Below, one piece after another: positions 1-14,119 of a stretch of 64,000 nt of DNA; position 1 is the stretch's first letter, and every line of letters starts with the position of its first letter. The notes beneath the pieces are model-generated. The model ran no database searches and was not told the DNA's origin. It saw nothing but the letters and a program-made list of their open reading frames with translations. Location of the stretch: NCBI RefSeq assembly GCF_036321535.1, contig NC_087438.1, forward strand, positions 6,140,001 to 6,204,000. The letters run 5' to 3'. A program made the position numbers and the translations under genes. The stretch is from Camelus dromedarius. Taxonomy: Eukaryota.

Positions 1-420
1 TATAATAAATGCTTAATATGCAAAATGATATATAATATAATAATTAACCCATGCATTATATATTATTGTTATTTATAGTATAAATATTATAAGTAGATAC
101 ATATACTATAAATATAATAAAAATATTTATAATGATATTTATAAATATATAAATAATTATATGTAACATCTAAAATATAAACATTTAATTTATATTTTAA
201 TTATATAAAATGTATAATTATTTTATATAAAATATATAAGTATAATCTTATATATGTTTAATATTTTATACATAGTTCATGTATAAATATCTATATTTAA
301 TATTTATATTCATACCTATATAAATACAGATATTGCTAGGTGACAATATGTATGCATTATATTTCTGCAATACTGTTTTTGCTTTAAATAAGTTAATTTT
401 TTATGTCTAAGAGTCTTAGC
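1..420. repeat. Extremely AT-rich low-complexity (TA-rich) tract
   Basis: Almost only A/T with degenerate TATA/ATAT runs. Confidence 0.85.
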
Positions 421-469
421 TCTTCTATTTATCTTTTTGTAGATTAAAATTATGTAGCAATTATCACTG

Positions 470-818
470 TCCTTCCTCAGTAGAGCTGTGTTTCTCTGAT
501 ACCCTGAACTCACACACAGCAATGCAACTTGCTTTGGTCAATGAAATGTGAGTGAGAGTGACCTGTGACACTTCCAGGCATTGCTGTAAGAGCCAGTGTG
601 CCCTTTATCTGATGGTCTCCTTTCCCTCTGCCTTGATGTCCACCAGTGTTTCAGAAAAGCTGAGGTCTCACCAGGCTGAGTTTGACATGAAAATCACAAT
701 CATTCAAAGCAAAGATCTGTAAAGAACTGAGTGAAGAGTCAATATTTGTTGTTTTAATCAATGAGATGTGGGTGTCACTTGTTACTGTAGCAAAGTTAAT
801 TTAGTCTCCTGACACCAT
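470..818 (+). mobile_element. MaLR LTR (MLT1I/J-like), degraded
   Basis: ACTTGCTTTGGTCAATGAAATGTGAGTG...CACTTCCAGG and 3' end GTTTTAA..GAGAT..GGG..TTGTTACTGTAGCA typical of old MLT1 LTRs. Confidence 0.7.
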
Positions 819-1899
819 AGATAATATATGTACTTATTTATTGCAGTTTTAGAATAGCTTGTCAGTACTAATTATATTCCATTAGATTTTTTTGAAATTG
901 TATTAGTCACATAGAATAATTCAAAGTGACAGACATATTTAGATTGCTGAATCCTCCCCTTCAAGACCATAATGTGCGTTTCCATTTATGTAAATCTTCT
1001 CTCATGCCACCAAGGAGGCGTTTTAGTGGCTGTTATAGCATAATTTATGTCAACCTTTTTCTAACGACAAGTAATTATTTTTATCTTTAATCTATTAATA
1101 GTGGTATAGTAAAAATACTCTGCATAAATATTTGACATGCTCTAATTAATTGCCTATCATAAATGAATAGAGAAGGACTACTAAATTAAAGATAATAATG
1201 ATCTTTATACTCTTGATTACTGTCAAATAATATCTTAGAAAAATTGCATGAATTTTCTTTCCCACCAGCAATACATCTATATGAGTAATTTCATGCAATC
1301 TTACTATTATTAAATTTTACCTTTCCTCAGTAAATCATTCAAGTGAAAGGTAAGATGGATAGATAGGTAGATAACATGCATGTTTTATGAGTGTTGGTGA
1401 AGATATCCCCACAAATAAGTATATAACATGCATGTGTATACATGTATGTAAGTATACACACATACATATGTTTTTAACCTAAGCAGTGAAATCTACACAC
1501 ATTCACACGCATATTCATGTACACATATGTATGCATGCACATATATTGTTGGCTGTTGCTAGCAGAGTTAGAAATCATTATATGATCAGTTGTATGTAAG
1601 TTGTGCCCTCTGACTTCCCACTGGAGTGCAATGCAAACCCCAGACATTATACCACTTTACCTGCAAATTATCCACTAAGAATCTTTAACAGGTATGAATG
1701 CAACACCATTATTGCTATTAGCAAAATCATAGTACTTCTTTATAGCTATATAATAATCGTTTGTTGTTTACATTTTCCCGCATCTCACAAATATTTGATG
1801 TTTTAGACTTTTTTCTTTTGTTTTTCTGTTCTCTTTATCAATGGTATATTAGATTAAAATTATTTAAAATAAGACTACATTTAATATGCTTGTGCATAT

Positions 1900-2767
1900 A
1901 TCCTTGTAAATGTGTGATTCATTTTATCTTCAGTCTCTATATATAAGTGGAATTGTGGGATTTTGGAACAAATGCATCTTCTCCTTTCTTCCTTTTTTTC
2001 TTTTTTTTAATGAGGCTAAATAATTCTCCAAAGTGTTTATACTTATTTATCTAACCACTAATAGTAAATTATAATTCTTAATTCTTATTGACCCACATCT
2101 CAGCTAGAATTTACTTGTAACAGGCCATTATTTATTGTTGAATCTGCTTTCTATAACTATTAGTGCAATTGAGAATCATTTCATGTTTAATTAAGGCTTT
2201 TGTGTTCTACCTTGATTTTTTGTTTAGATCCTTTGACATTTTTCTCTAATAAGAAACTGTCTTCTTTTATCATTTTGTAAGATTCCTGTATATATACTGA
2301 ATACAAATCCTTTGTAATAAGCTATACAAATATTTTCTTCTAATCTTTGTTTTGATTTTACAGGGTTTAATGTCACATAGAAGTCATATAAAAGTTTTAT
2401 ATTTTAATACAGTGTTTTCCTTTATGCAGCCTTTTGTTTCCTGTATAAAAATTATCCTGTATTACAAGTTCATAAGGATATTTAATATATATTTCTTTAA
2501 ACATTTTAATGTTGCTTTCCCATTTACATGCTTAGTCTATCTAAAATGTATTTAGGATGTTTCTCCTCTTGGTTAGTCATTTTTCTTGAAACCATCCTTT
2601 TTTTTCATTTTCCCAACATTTCTGCTATTCCTGGGTCTTGTGTATTCATGTTTCTGTCTCTTGTCTCTCCATTTTTTTAGGTTGATTTATCTCAAAGATG
2701 GTGTAATTATAATTTTATGATAAATCATGATATCTTGATTGGTCAATCACTGCTACTCCTCTTTTTC
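1900..2767 (-). mobile_element. Old L1M (L1ME-like) ORF2/3' remnant; continues after 4310
   Basis: Degenerate antisense L1 motifs (AAGTGGAATTG.GG, ATACAAATCCTTTG, AAATATTTTCTTC). Confidence 0.55.
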
Positions 2768-2784
2768 CTTCAATTTTCTTCTTT

Positions 2785-4292
2785 TCTTACTTTTTAAAAG
2801 AAATTATTAAAGTATAGTTGATTTACAATGTGTTATTTTCTGGTGTACAGCATAATGATTTAGTTATACATATATATTCTTTATAATATTATTTTTATTA
2901 TAGGTTATTATGTGATACTGAATGTGTTCCTTGTGCTATGTCATTGTTGTTTATCTATTATATATATATATTACTGTGTATCTGTTAATCCCAAAGTTCT
3001 AATTTATCCTTGTTGTCCCCTTTCCCCTTTGGTAATCATAAGTTTGTTTTCTATGTCTGTGAGTCTGTTTCTGTTTTGTAAATAAGTTCATTTATATCAT
3101 TTTTTTAGATTCTACATATAAGTGATATCATATGATGTTTGTCTTTGTCCGACTTACTTCGCTTAGTATCCTAATCTCTAGGTCTATTCATGCTGCTGCA
3201 GGTGGTATTGTTTCATTCTTTTTTGTGGCTGAATAACATTCCATTGTTTATATACCACATCTTCTTTATCCAGTCATCTGTTGATGGACATTTAGTCTGC
3301 TTCCATGTCTTGGCTACTATAAATAGTGCTGCTATCAACACTGGGGTGCATGTGTCTTTTTGAATTAGTTTTAGGGTTTTCATCTTTTCTGGATATATGC
3401 CCAGGAGTGGGATTACTGGATCACATGGTAACTCTAATTTTAGTTTTTTAAGGAGACTCCATACTGTTCTCCATAGTGGCTGGACCAATTTGCATTCTCA
3501 CCAACAGTATTGGATGGTTCCCTTTTCCCCACACCCTCTTCTTCAGCATTTATTATTTGTAAACTTTTTGATGATGGCCATTCTGATCAGTGTGAGGGGA
3601 TACCTCATTGTAATTTTGACTTGCATTTCTCCAAGAATTAGCAATGTAGAGCATCTTTTCATGTGTCTGTTGGCCATCTGTGTCTTCTTTGCAGAAATGT
3701 CTATGCATGTCTTCTACCAAATTTTGTTTAGGTACTTTGTTTTTTTGATTTGGAACTGTATATGCTATTTATATATTTTGGAGATTAATCCCTTGTCAGT
3801 CACATCATTTGCAAATATTTTCTCCCATTCCATATGTTGTCTTTTCATTTCGTTTATGGTTTCCTTTGTTGTGCAAAGGCTTTTAAGTTTTATTACATCC
3901 CAATTGTTTATTTTTGCTTTTATTTTCATTGCTGTAGGAGACAGATCCAAAAAAAAATATTGCTGCAATTTATGTTAGAGTGTTCTACCTATGTTTTCCT
4001 CTAGGAGTTATGTAACATCTGGTTTTACAGTTAGGTCTTTAATCCATTTTTAGTTTATTTTTGTATATGCTGTTAAAGAATGTTTTAATTTCCTTCTTTT
4101 ACGTGTAGAAGCCCCGTTCCTTTTACTGAAGAGATTGTCTTTTCTCCATTGTATATTCTTGCTTCCTTTGTTGAAGATTAATTGACTGTAGGTGTATGGG
4201 TTTAGTTCTGCATTTTCTCTTATGTTCCATTGATCCATATGTCTGTTTTTCTGCCAGTATCACGCTGTTTTGATTATTGTAGCTTTGTAGTA
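2785..4292 (-). mobile_element. 5'-truncated L1 (ORF2 C-terminus + 3'UTR), cetartiodactyl-age
   Basis: Minus ORFs 3213-3488 ([26 protein letters not shown]), 3765-3968 ([17 protein letters not shown]) and 4050-4238 (DQWN..PYTYSQLIFNKG) are L1 ORF2 segments; 17-bp TSD CTTCAAT(T/A)TTCTTCTTT at 2768-2784 and 4293-4309. Confidence 0.95.
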
Positions 4293-4554
4293 CTTCAATA
4301 TTCTTCTTTATTGTTCTTAAAAATGTTCTCTTCCACAGGAACTTTAAAATGAGCCTATCAAATTTGATTTTTAAAATGTTATCCAGATTTTGATAGGAAT
4401 TTATTAAGTTTATATATTATTTCAGATAAAATCAATATTTCATTTTGATTATTCTCATATCTCCCCATTGTATTACTCTACATTCTTTTTAAAAAATAAC
4501 ATTTTACAGTTTCCTCCATATGTTACTTCCAGTTTATTATTCTATTTCTAGATG

Positions 4555-4735
4555 ACTGCAGTAGCCTTTTCTGCTTTTTCACCTGTACTTCTTTTCTCTC
4601 CTCCAGACCTTGGAAGGATTAAATTACCCCCACCTTGAAGTTGATGTGGACAGGTGTCTTGATTAGACCAATGAGATGTGAGCAGAAATGATGTTTGTCA
4701 TTTCTAGATGGCAGCATTTAAGAACCAGTATCCCT
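4555..4735 (+). mobile_element. MLT1-type MaLR LTR fragment
   Basis: GACCAATGAGATGTGAGCAGAAATGATGTTTGTCATTTCTAG..CATTTAAGAACCAGT. Confidence 0.6.
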
Positions 4736-5034
4736 TCCTATCACAATTAACAATAAAAGGCAGAATGTATTCCTGAATTACAGTAAGATGTGATCTAATA
4801 GGAAATAGATACAAATGACTAAGACAAATGCAAGTTCATCTGTGCACACACCCCTAGGCTGACACAGATAGCCTGCTGCAGGAGTTCCATTCATGGAGAA
4901 GAGGATGTGGAACTTCTTTAAAGGATGAAGATACATTTAATAGCCTCACATGGATAATGTGGATAATAAGTGGATAGACTAGACAAAATAAAGTTGCACA
5001 GGAAAAGAACTCATGGCATATCTGAAAAATCACG

Positions 5035-5860
5035 GGTTTTTAAATAGATTTAATTATTTTACAGCAGGCTTAACTCCACAGCATCAAGCAAAAGTGCAGA
5101 AATTCCTATACCTCCTGCCCTCATACATGAAGCCTCCCCATTATGAACATCCTCCACCAGGTGGTACACTTGATATAACGATGAACCTACATTGACACAT
5201 CATTATCACCATAGTTCACATTAGGATTCACTCATGGTGTGGTACATTCTGTGGGTTTTAACAAATGTATAATGACATATATCCATCATTATAGCATCAG
5301 AAGAGCTTCACTGCCCTAAAAATCCTCTATGTTCTGCCTATTCATTACCCCTGCCCATTCAGCACCTGAAAACCATTGACTTTTTACTGTCTTTATGATT
5401 TTATGTTTTCCAGAATATCATATAGTTGGAATCAAACAGTATTTAGCCTTCTCAGATTGGCTTCTTTCACTGAGTAATAGGCATTTACGGTTCCTCCATG
5501 TCTCTTCATGGCTTGATAACTCATTTCTTGTAAGTGCTGAATGACGTTGCACTGTCTGATGCACAATTTATTTATCCAATCACGTACTAAAGAACATCTT
5601 GACTGCTTCCAGTTTGGGGCAATTATGAATTAAGCTGCTATGTGTATGTTTTTGTATGGACATAAGATTTCAGCTCATTTGGGTAAACACCAGGGAAGAC
5701 ATTGCTGGATCATAAGACAAATGTATGTTTAGTTTTATAAGAAACCATCAAACTGCCTTCCAGGGTGACTGGACCATTTTAATGACTGAAAGTTCCTCTT
5801 GCTCCACACCCTCTCCAGCATTTGGTATTATTCCTGTTTGGAATTTCTTTCCTTCTAATA
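5035..5860 (-). mobile_element. L1MC-like 3' end
   Basis: GATGAACCTACATTGACACATCATTATCACC..ATAGTTCACATTAGG and TTCACTGCCCTAAAAATCCTCT are L1MC1/2 3'UTR hallmarks. Confidence 0.8.
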
Positions 5861-7879
5861 AAAATTACCATTCTTTAACTCAGCTAGAATTCAGGGTATG
5901 TGTAGGGCAGCAGTGGGGCCAAATAAGTAAATTTAGCTCAGGCTATAATTGGCCCTAAAGCCCTTCTAGAAAGACCACGCCATTCAACAGACACATGATC
6001 TCACTGTCCTCTTCCCATTTATTCAGAGGTCAACTCGTTCAAGCTCCAAATAAGAAGAGTTTATCTTACAACACTTGGTCTGAGACTCTGGACTTGCCCT
6101 TCACAGGCTCTACCCAGCCCCTCCCAACCTGCCTCTACCCCAGTTCCTCCCACCTGGTGTCTCTCTGCTCATTCTCTCTCCTGCAGTTCCCTCCCTGGCC
6201 CCTTCCCACACTTCCCACTGTCCCCCCACCCCGCCGTTCCCACCCTCCCTTCCGCGTACTTCCCAGCCCCCGCCCATCTCCTCCTGCGCTTGTCCTGCCC
6301 CACTTTCCTCACTGGGATGGATGCTGCACAGGAAGCTGCTCCTCTGCTCCCCGCCTTGACTTCTCTCACTCTACACACACTGTAACCTGACCCCATTCGA
6401 GGCTCTCCAGCTGGGTCAGGGCACACCTGAGTTCCTAATGTGGTATTTAGTTCTCTTCAAATGCCATGTGATGGATCAGCCTCTATCTGCCTTTCCAGAA
6501 ATAGAAATCAAACTCACAGGGTGGATGTGCCCCATAATCCGTCTGCCTGTCCAGAAGTGCTTGTAGAAATCTCACTCAAAAATGACCTGTAGCATCCCAG
6601 GTGCCAAGAATATTCTAGAAAGAGTTTTGACGCTTCAACTGCAGTGAAAGAGCCCAGGGCAGCCAGAGACAGCCCTGCCCAATCCCCTCAGGAGTCTTGG
6701 ACCCTCATCTTTGGGGTGACAGCCACTGTCAGGCACAAGAACTAATAACTGTTTGTGGAGATTGTCTCTGCACACATGTGGACTGCTAACCCCAGCTCAC
6801 CTACAGCTTCCCCATTGCCTAAGGGCCACTGGTCCCAGTCCAGACAACAGCCTTAGACCTCGCTTCCATCTGTTACCGCAGGTCTCCATCCCAGTAACGC
6901 TGGTGTCCAGGTGCTCATCCCTTCCCGGCATTTTTAGAGACAGCGATTTCATGGTGCCTGAGGTACTGCTTGATCCATGCGAAAACACATGCTGCAAGCC
7001 TGCTTCTGGCTTGCCAGGACCTGGGCACCCACTCACCTGTTAGAGACCCTGACATGACCAGTCAGTCACCGAAGCCGGCCAGCCTCACTTGTCATGCCTG
7101 GGCAGCAGCTCTGCCCTGCTTTTCTTTTTCATTTTTTCATTTGGATTTTAGCCTAGAAGAGGTCACAGCAGTAACTTGTCAGTTTGAAAAGATCCGCAGT
7201 GTCTGGATTTTACATATGAAGGTCTGTTTTAAAGGTGGTCGTTGGGAGCCATCAGCATACTTGGGGACCTTCTGTGAGAGCAAGCTTTTCTGTTTGAGTA
7301 GTTTAAGCCTGTTGTTTACATGAGGCTAAATAATGTTCTAGAAAAAAATGTTTTTGAAAAGCAGTGCTTTCTAGTTGGTTCTTTAACTGAGGGAGGTAGC
7401 GCGCATTCCGTTCTGGACAGGAGTGCACATGAGCCAAGAGCACTAATGCACGTGACCCCTGGAGTGGCAGGGCTTGGGGCTCTGGTACCATGACGATCAC
7501 TCACCTCTCACCTGTGGTACACCTGGGACAGTTAAGATTAACTCCTGTATTTTACTTTTGACTCATGGGAAGACATCACAAAGAACCAGTTTGGGAAGTT
7601 ACACAGTTAAAATCCCTACTGGAATAAAGTATTCCCACGCCTGGGTCCCACCCCAACTTTACATGCAGAACCCCAAAAGTGAATGACTTCATGAGGAGCC
7701 CTTAGGCCATCTGAGGGCTGACCCACAAGGGTCTTACCCTCTACATTCATGGGTTTTCAACTTGTAAACTTAAGGCGTTAAATTGCATTACCCTGAAGTT
7801 CCCTCTCAGTCTGCATTCCTAATAACAGCTTAACTGTGTCACAGGCATCAGAGATATTTACAAACATGTGTCTGTACAT

Positions 7880-8215
7880 GTCAAGGCTGAACTTCATTTC
7901 TCTGTTTAAAGGTGGGATGGCATGTGAGCTGATTTAGCCATTGAAATGTGAATGGAAATGATATGCTTGACTGTAAGCAGAATCTTTAAGAGGCAGGGCA
8001 TGCTTTAACACACTCCTATTCCTGTGTTATGCAACTAGGATAACTTGGGCTGAGATGAAGTTTTGTGAGTCTGAATATTGAATAATTATCACGGGCAAAA
8101 GATCTTTGCCAACCCACATTGGATAAATCAGGAAACAAATCTTAACTGTTTAAACCACTGAGATTTTTGCAGATGTTTGTTACTGCAGCACAACATAGTT
8201 TTTCTGATGGATACA
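7880..8215 (+). mobile_element. MLT1-type MaLR LTR
   Basis: GCCATTGAAATGTGAATGGAAATGAT... and end TTAAACCACTGAGATTTTTG..TGTTTGTTACTGCAGCA..GATACA. Confidence 0.7.
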
Positions 8216-10338
8216 ATGTATCCCAAATTCTGAACCCTTCATGGGAACTTTTTAAATGCTTTGTGCCTCACTGAGAGTGACTAAGTCAAATGTGTGGTGA
8301 TCTTGATGATCCTGATAGAGCAACCTGTTTGACTTACCAAAAAAAGAGATCATTTTTCATGTGTGACAATTATAAAACAAGTTTATGACTTCATTTGTCC
8401 ATTTCTTGAATTTGCCGAGTGTGACTTGCAGATGTTAATGTGATTCAGAGATTTCTGATTCTGAGGCTGAAAATTAACAATTACATTTTTTTTTAAATTT
8501 GACTCTAAGTGACAATCATCCATGAAGCAATGGGAGCATTTTTGCAATTCAGTGGTTAACGATTTCAACTTCAAACTACAGCTAAAGAACTTGTAAGAGA
8601 AGCTGCATAGGAAGTGAATTCACCGCTTTGAGATTTAATATTACTGAGTTTAACATTCCATACCTGAGCTCTGTCATTAGCTTATACGTGTGGCAATGAA
8701 CTAGGTAGATGGCCTTCAGCTGGGATCATATGTACAAAATTACATGAAAAACGGAAATATCCAGGTTCATTTAGTACAGCTCCTTGCTAATAAAGACACA
8801 TCACTGATGAAGATATTTATTCTCTAGAAGGAACTTCCACCTGAGCCTTTGAAAATATAGGAATGATGAGTAAACTCAGATGGAGACAGGAGGAATTATT
8901 CTTAATTAAACATCAGTGACGTATTTGCTGCACTTCAGACACTGCAGTGAATAGATTACTGGTTGTGAAGGTGGAAGGCAGGCTCTCCTCATGGCTGGTA
9001 CCATGCTGGACTAATTTGAATTTGAAAACACCAGCGTACTCTGCCCAGTGTTCCTGTCATTTTTAAATGTAGTTCGTTGTGTCTTTGCTTTTGATTTATG
9101 CATTCTAAAATAGGGCAGTGAAATACCAAACAGCTCTCCAACATTGGAATAAGAACACTGGCAGCAGCAAACACGTTCAGCAAAACTCTTCTCCTTCTTG
9201 TGCTGAAGATGCTAAAATACTGCTTCCTGCCAGAGTCGAAGCAGGTCCTATAACTTGTCTGATACTTACAAGTGCATCTTTCTCTTTCAACACACTCAAC
9301 AGTGTGTACTTGCTTTGTAGAAATACACGGTAAAATAGAATTTAAAATCATCTATTTTGGATATTCCCATGGAATCTTTCAGGCATAAGTACAACATAAA
9401 ATAACAGAATGACAATCGGTGAGGCTAGTAAGTTTGAGGCAATAATGTGCAATACAAAGTGGCCGACAGAGCCAATGAGGGATACTGGCCAGACATGGGA
9501 GGCTGAAGTGCACAGATACTTCTCAGCCCGAGGACAGCTGGTTGGGGGGCCTCACCCCTGCAGGGGACGGCTTGATGCCACCCGCCCACTGAGTGGTTGT
9601 TCAAACAGGAACATGTTGAACATTCTAATGAAAGCTTGTGTCACATTTTTTTTTTCACAGACTTCAAACAACAGCTCATGTGTTGTGTGACTTGCCAGTT
9701 CTCCTGTCCCCAGCAGCAGAGTGTGATGACATTTGGATACTGATGTCCACCCACTTCATCATGGGCGTTTATTGTGTGCCTCTGTGCTAAAACCGAGGAT
9801 ATAAAAACAAACAAGGCCAAGGCTTGTTTTTCAAGGTGGCAAATCTGAATGTTCCTTGAGGCTTATGTTCTCATTTCCCTGGAGCTCAGTGGAGAGTGAC
9901 TTAGCCGGTCAGCATTATTTCAATAGAAGAAGAGGCTGATGCCAGTCACCGCTCACCTTTCCTAGCAAGGAAATTCTCAAACCAGGGAGTGTCCATTAGT
10001 AATAGTTGCACAGGTGTTCCCTGCGCCCTGACCCTAAATGTGGAGCGTCAGCGGAGCAGGGATGCTGTGCCGCTGGCAGGCTGGCTCTGGGGCATGGAGG
10101 CGAAGGCGTGAGTCAGTTCAGGGGAACTCGTGCCCTTCTGTTTCTCAGCTCCTGTCTTCCTAGTAAACCCTGTGTTCTACCTGCTTCAAGTACTAGTAGG
10201 ATTGGAACCATGCCTCTCAGAGTTAACAGAAGCTGATAACTGGTAGACATCCTTAAGCTTGTCTTAAGGAACAACAGGTAAGGGAACAGGTTGTTAAAAC
10301 CCCTTTGCTCTTAGACTGCCTTCATTGACTAAGCTCCT

Positions 10339-10395
10339 TCTTTCTTTTTCTTTTTCTTTTTCTTTTTCTTTTTCTTTTTCTTTTTCTTTTTTTCT
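10339..10395 (+). repeat. (TTTTTC)n microsatellite
   Basis: About 9 direct copies. Confidence 0.95.
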
Positions 10396-11359
10396 TAATT
10401 GCATACCTTCCCAGCTTCATGCAGCCCAGTTGTGTTACAGGAATTCGGAGTCAGCTCCTGTCCAGTGCAAGCCGGCTGGGGCTGGTTGGGACCACCGACC
10501 CTAAACCCGGGCCTGCACAGATGTCCAATGACTGTGCTGTCGACAGCAGAGGACTGGGAAACCCCACCCTCGGATCGTGCTAAGTGCCTCCATGTTGAAC
10601 ACGCACCAGCGTGTAACACAGACGCACACGCACACGGCTCTGATACCGCCCCTGTTCTTACCTCCAATCACCGCTCCCCACGCCTGAGACCACCCTGCTT
10701 ACCCCATAAACACCCAGCCCCTCTCCCCCGGGGAGGCAGGTCTGAGCCCTGTTCTCTCAGCTCCGCACTTGGCTGCCCGGTGGATACACTCTGCCCGCTG
10801 GGAACCCCGGCCTCTCAGCGCTCGGCTTGCTGCGCGTGGCGGGAAGGGCGGGGGTGGGGGAGGGAAGGCCCTGGTTCACTAACAGTGTCCGAAAGCAACC
10901 CCTTTGCACAGCCCAGGAGGAGCACAGACAAGTCAACAGCCACCCCAAGCGCCGTCACATTGACATGAAACTAACCTTGTGTTGCAGAGAAAAGGGCGCT
11001 AATTCCATCTCAGTCTACCGGAAGGTTTCACGAGTGATGAAGTCATTGTTGGGCCCTGAAAACTGAGTAGGGTTTGGAGAGGCAGAGAGAAGACATTGGG
11101 GTGAAGGCGGGCTTTGGGGAAGGGGCGGGCGCTGGGGTAGTGAGAAGCCCTGCGGGGCTGGGATGTGTGTGTGCGCAGCATGTCTCATCTGCCCAGGCAG
11201 CAAAGGGCAGAGGGAGTCAAGACTGCACTGGCTTCTGGCTCAGCCTCAGCCGTGATAGTGATGCTTTCTGCTGGGGCTGACGGCACACTCGCCTGGACCC
11301 GTGCTACCTGTGGCAGTCCCCACAGGCATTTCCCCACCGAGGCAATGTCATGGCTGGAC

Positions 11360-11808
11360 CAGCCCTGTGCTTCTCATTATAACTGCAAGTTGCATCTTTG
11401 CCAAAACCATCTGGGAACTTTGAAATAACAACTTTTACTACTCACAAGTTCAGTGGGATACACAGCATACCTGGGGCCACACAGCGAGGTAGGGGGAAAC
11501 CTGGGGCTCTGCCCTTACTGGGGTCAAGGGTGGGGTGCCTAGTGTTCCATGGGTTCACTCTTTATTAGTGAATTTTAAACGTAGAGTGAGAATTAAAGCC
11601 CAGCAAGGGTAAAGCAAGCAAACAGATCTCCCAGTGCTTCCTACCAAGAGGGACGTCAGGGGTGGGGCCGCCTGGCTCTCCATCTAGGTGAAGAGCTTAC
11701 AACGTGTTTGTTCAACACGGGTGCCTTTGAAGTGCATGCCTCAGCAATCAGAAGCTTAATGTCAGGCGCTTACATTACAATCCAAAAAGCTAACTGTCAG
11801 GTACTCAC
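11360..11808 (-). mobile_element. ERVL-class LTR (MER76-like)
   Basis: Terminal ...CAGCAATCAGAAGCTTAATGTCAGGCGCTTACATTACAA..AAAGCTAACTGTCAGG.ACTCACA resembles reverse-complemented MER76 5' end (from recall); left boundary approximate. Confidence 0.5.
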
Positions 11809-12985
11809 AGGACAGCTGGTTTATTCCACAGCCCTCCGAGGAATACTCATGTCGGTGGTGGACAGCGGTCACCAGGAAATCACAGAACGTAGAGCTGAAA
11901 AGGACCTGAGATCTGTTAGAATATTTTTCTATTTATACTGATTTTCCGTCTCTCCTTCAGGGGGTTGCTTCATCTAACAGGTGGACGCATATACATCATT
12001 GAACACTCATGTATTTTTAAAGTCTTTTATTAATTGTTTCTCATCATTTGGGGCTGGTATTTGATGGTAATAAATAGGCGCCACTCCTTTCAACGCAAGG
12101 ATTTGTACTTTTTCTTCTGTAAGTTCTGGAGTTTTTATAGAACAAGTTCAAAGTTGTCATTATCAAAGGAGAAAAGATCAGTGTCCTTTAAAATTGTTAA
12201 GAAAATATCTGTGTTCAAATGCCAACCATATAGGAATAACGTGAAGTTCTATAAAGAATTGACTTTTTCTAGGAAGGTTTCTTCTGATATCACTTTAGCA
12301 GGATGAGTACTGGAGGGAGAAAAACTAGAAAGGTCAACTGCTTCTTTCTATTTTTCTCAAAAATTTTTAATACCACTGACCAAAGGTAATTTTTTTAATT
12401 CAACTGATATTCCCTTGAACCATTGAGCAAAAGATTAAAAATTTGAGGTTAGGTGAAAATTATAAACTTCATAATTCATCACAACAGGAAATACCCTAGC
12501 TTCTGATGATGGAGCGTGATGGGTAAAAAGGGCAGCTTTCGCATTAAGTTAAACATAGAGCTAATACTTTTTACCTGTCCTCTCGTTCTAACTGTCTTCT
12601 TTCCTTAACATGCAGTTCACGCTGACCTTCTCAAATAACCCTTCCCAGCAGTTAGAAATGGGTGTGGGGAGCACGACTCAGTGAGCACCCTGAATTCCAG
12701 GAGAGGAGGTGCCAGCCTAGAAACTGGTATCTAGTTAAACGTCCCTCCTAAAGGCAAATGAAGGCATGTTTAGTCAAACAAAACTAGAGACTTTTTTTTT
12801 TCTTTTTGCAAAACAGACCTTCTCTATAACCTATGTCAAAGAAATTTCTTCAGGTTAAAGGATGATAATACTTCATGGAAACTTATATCTACCTAGAGGA
12901 ATGGAGAGCCCTGGAAAGGATAAACAGGGAGCAAATAAGAGATTTTTTTTTATTTATTTAGAAGATAATCAGCAATTTAAAAAAT

Positions 12986-13506
12986 CAATTTTGAAAATTT
13001 CTATCTCAGAACATCTTTACAATCTTCAAAATTGCTGAGAACCCCAGAGAGTTTTGCTATACCTCCAATCTTCTTCCATGTAAGAAATTAAAATTAGGAC
13101 ATACATTTATTAATGGATGTTAAAGAACATGCTTATTAAATTGTTTTAAAATATTAATAATAATCCCAAGCTATAGTAACAAAAAAATACTTTTATAAGA
13201 AAAATAACTACATTTTCCAAAAGAGAAGGAAAATTAGTTTGCAGGAAGGCATTAGTTTACATTTTTGCAAATCTTTTTAATATCTACCTTAATAAAAGAC
13301 AGCTAAAGTATCATATTTGCTTTCACATTCATTCTGTTGTAATATCACATATAATGTAGCCTCTGGAAAATTCCCTGTATGAAAGAATGAAAGTGAAGAA
13401 AAGCAAATACTGTTTTATCATTATGAAAATGATTTTAAACTCATGAATATTCTGAAAGGATCTTGTGAACCACAGGAGACCCTGCGCTATCCTTTGAGAA
13501 TCACTT
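12986..13506 (-). mobile_element. Charlie1b-like non-autonomous hAT DNA transposon (~520 bp)
   Basis: TTACATTTTTGCAAATCTTTTTAAT, ATGTAGCCTCTGGAAAA and terminus CTTTGAGAATCACT match antisense Charlie1 ends. Confidence 0.8.
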
Positions 13507-14119
13507 CTTTAAATGAAAAATAATAACCATACACTCTGAAGTTTATAACACAGGTAGAAGTAAAATGTATGAAAACATTAGCATTTAGTCTGGAAGGAAG
13601 GATGTGAAAATAAGATTTGTATGGCTCTCACACTGTACTCAAAATGGTGTAATTTGGAAGTAGCCTATGACAATATATAAATTGTAAATCTTAGAACAAT
13701 CATTAAAAATAAATAAGTGAAATAGATTTAGCAAATAGTCGAAAAATGCAGACAAAGTCAATTACGAATTAATCACTTACTCTCAAAGAAGACAGGAAAA
13801 ACTGAAACATAAATATGCCGTACAAACAGGAAGCACATTAAGTACATGCAAACCCAAAGTATCAGAAAGTGCATCAAATGTGAAAGGTTCACAACCAGTG
13901 ACATTCACTGCCACCTTACAAAGACAGAAAAAGAAGAGCAAATTTAACCAAAACAGGCAGAATGAAGGAAATAATAGAACTAAAACAATGAAACATAAAA
14001 CAGACACAACAGAGAAAAACAGTAAAACCAAAAGCTGGGTCTTACAATACAGCAACAAAACCTAAAACTCCAGGTACACTAAAGAAGCAAAACAAGAAAA
14101 CAACAGCAAATATGACCAC

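Noticed and set aside
3397..3978. 193-aa hydrophobic ORF that looks like a membrane protein
   Set aside because: Antisense reading of L1 ORF2; a common artefact
10399..10968. 189-aa Pro/Cys-rich ORF
   Set aside because: Non-ATG start in GC-rich sequence with overlapping ORFs on both strands; no recognisable domain
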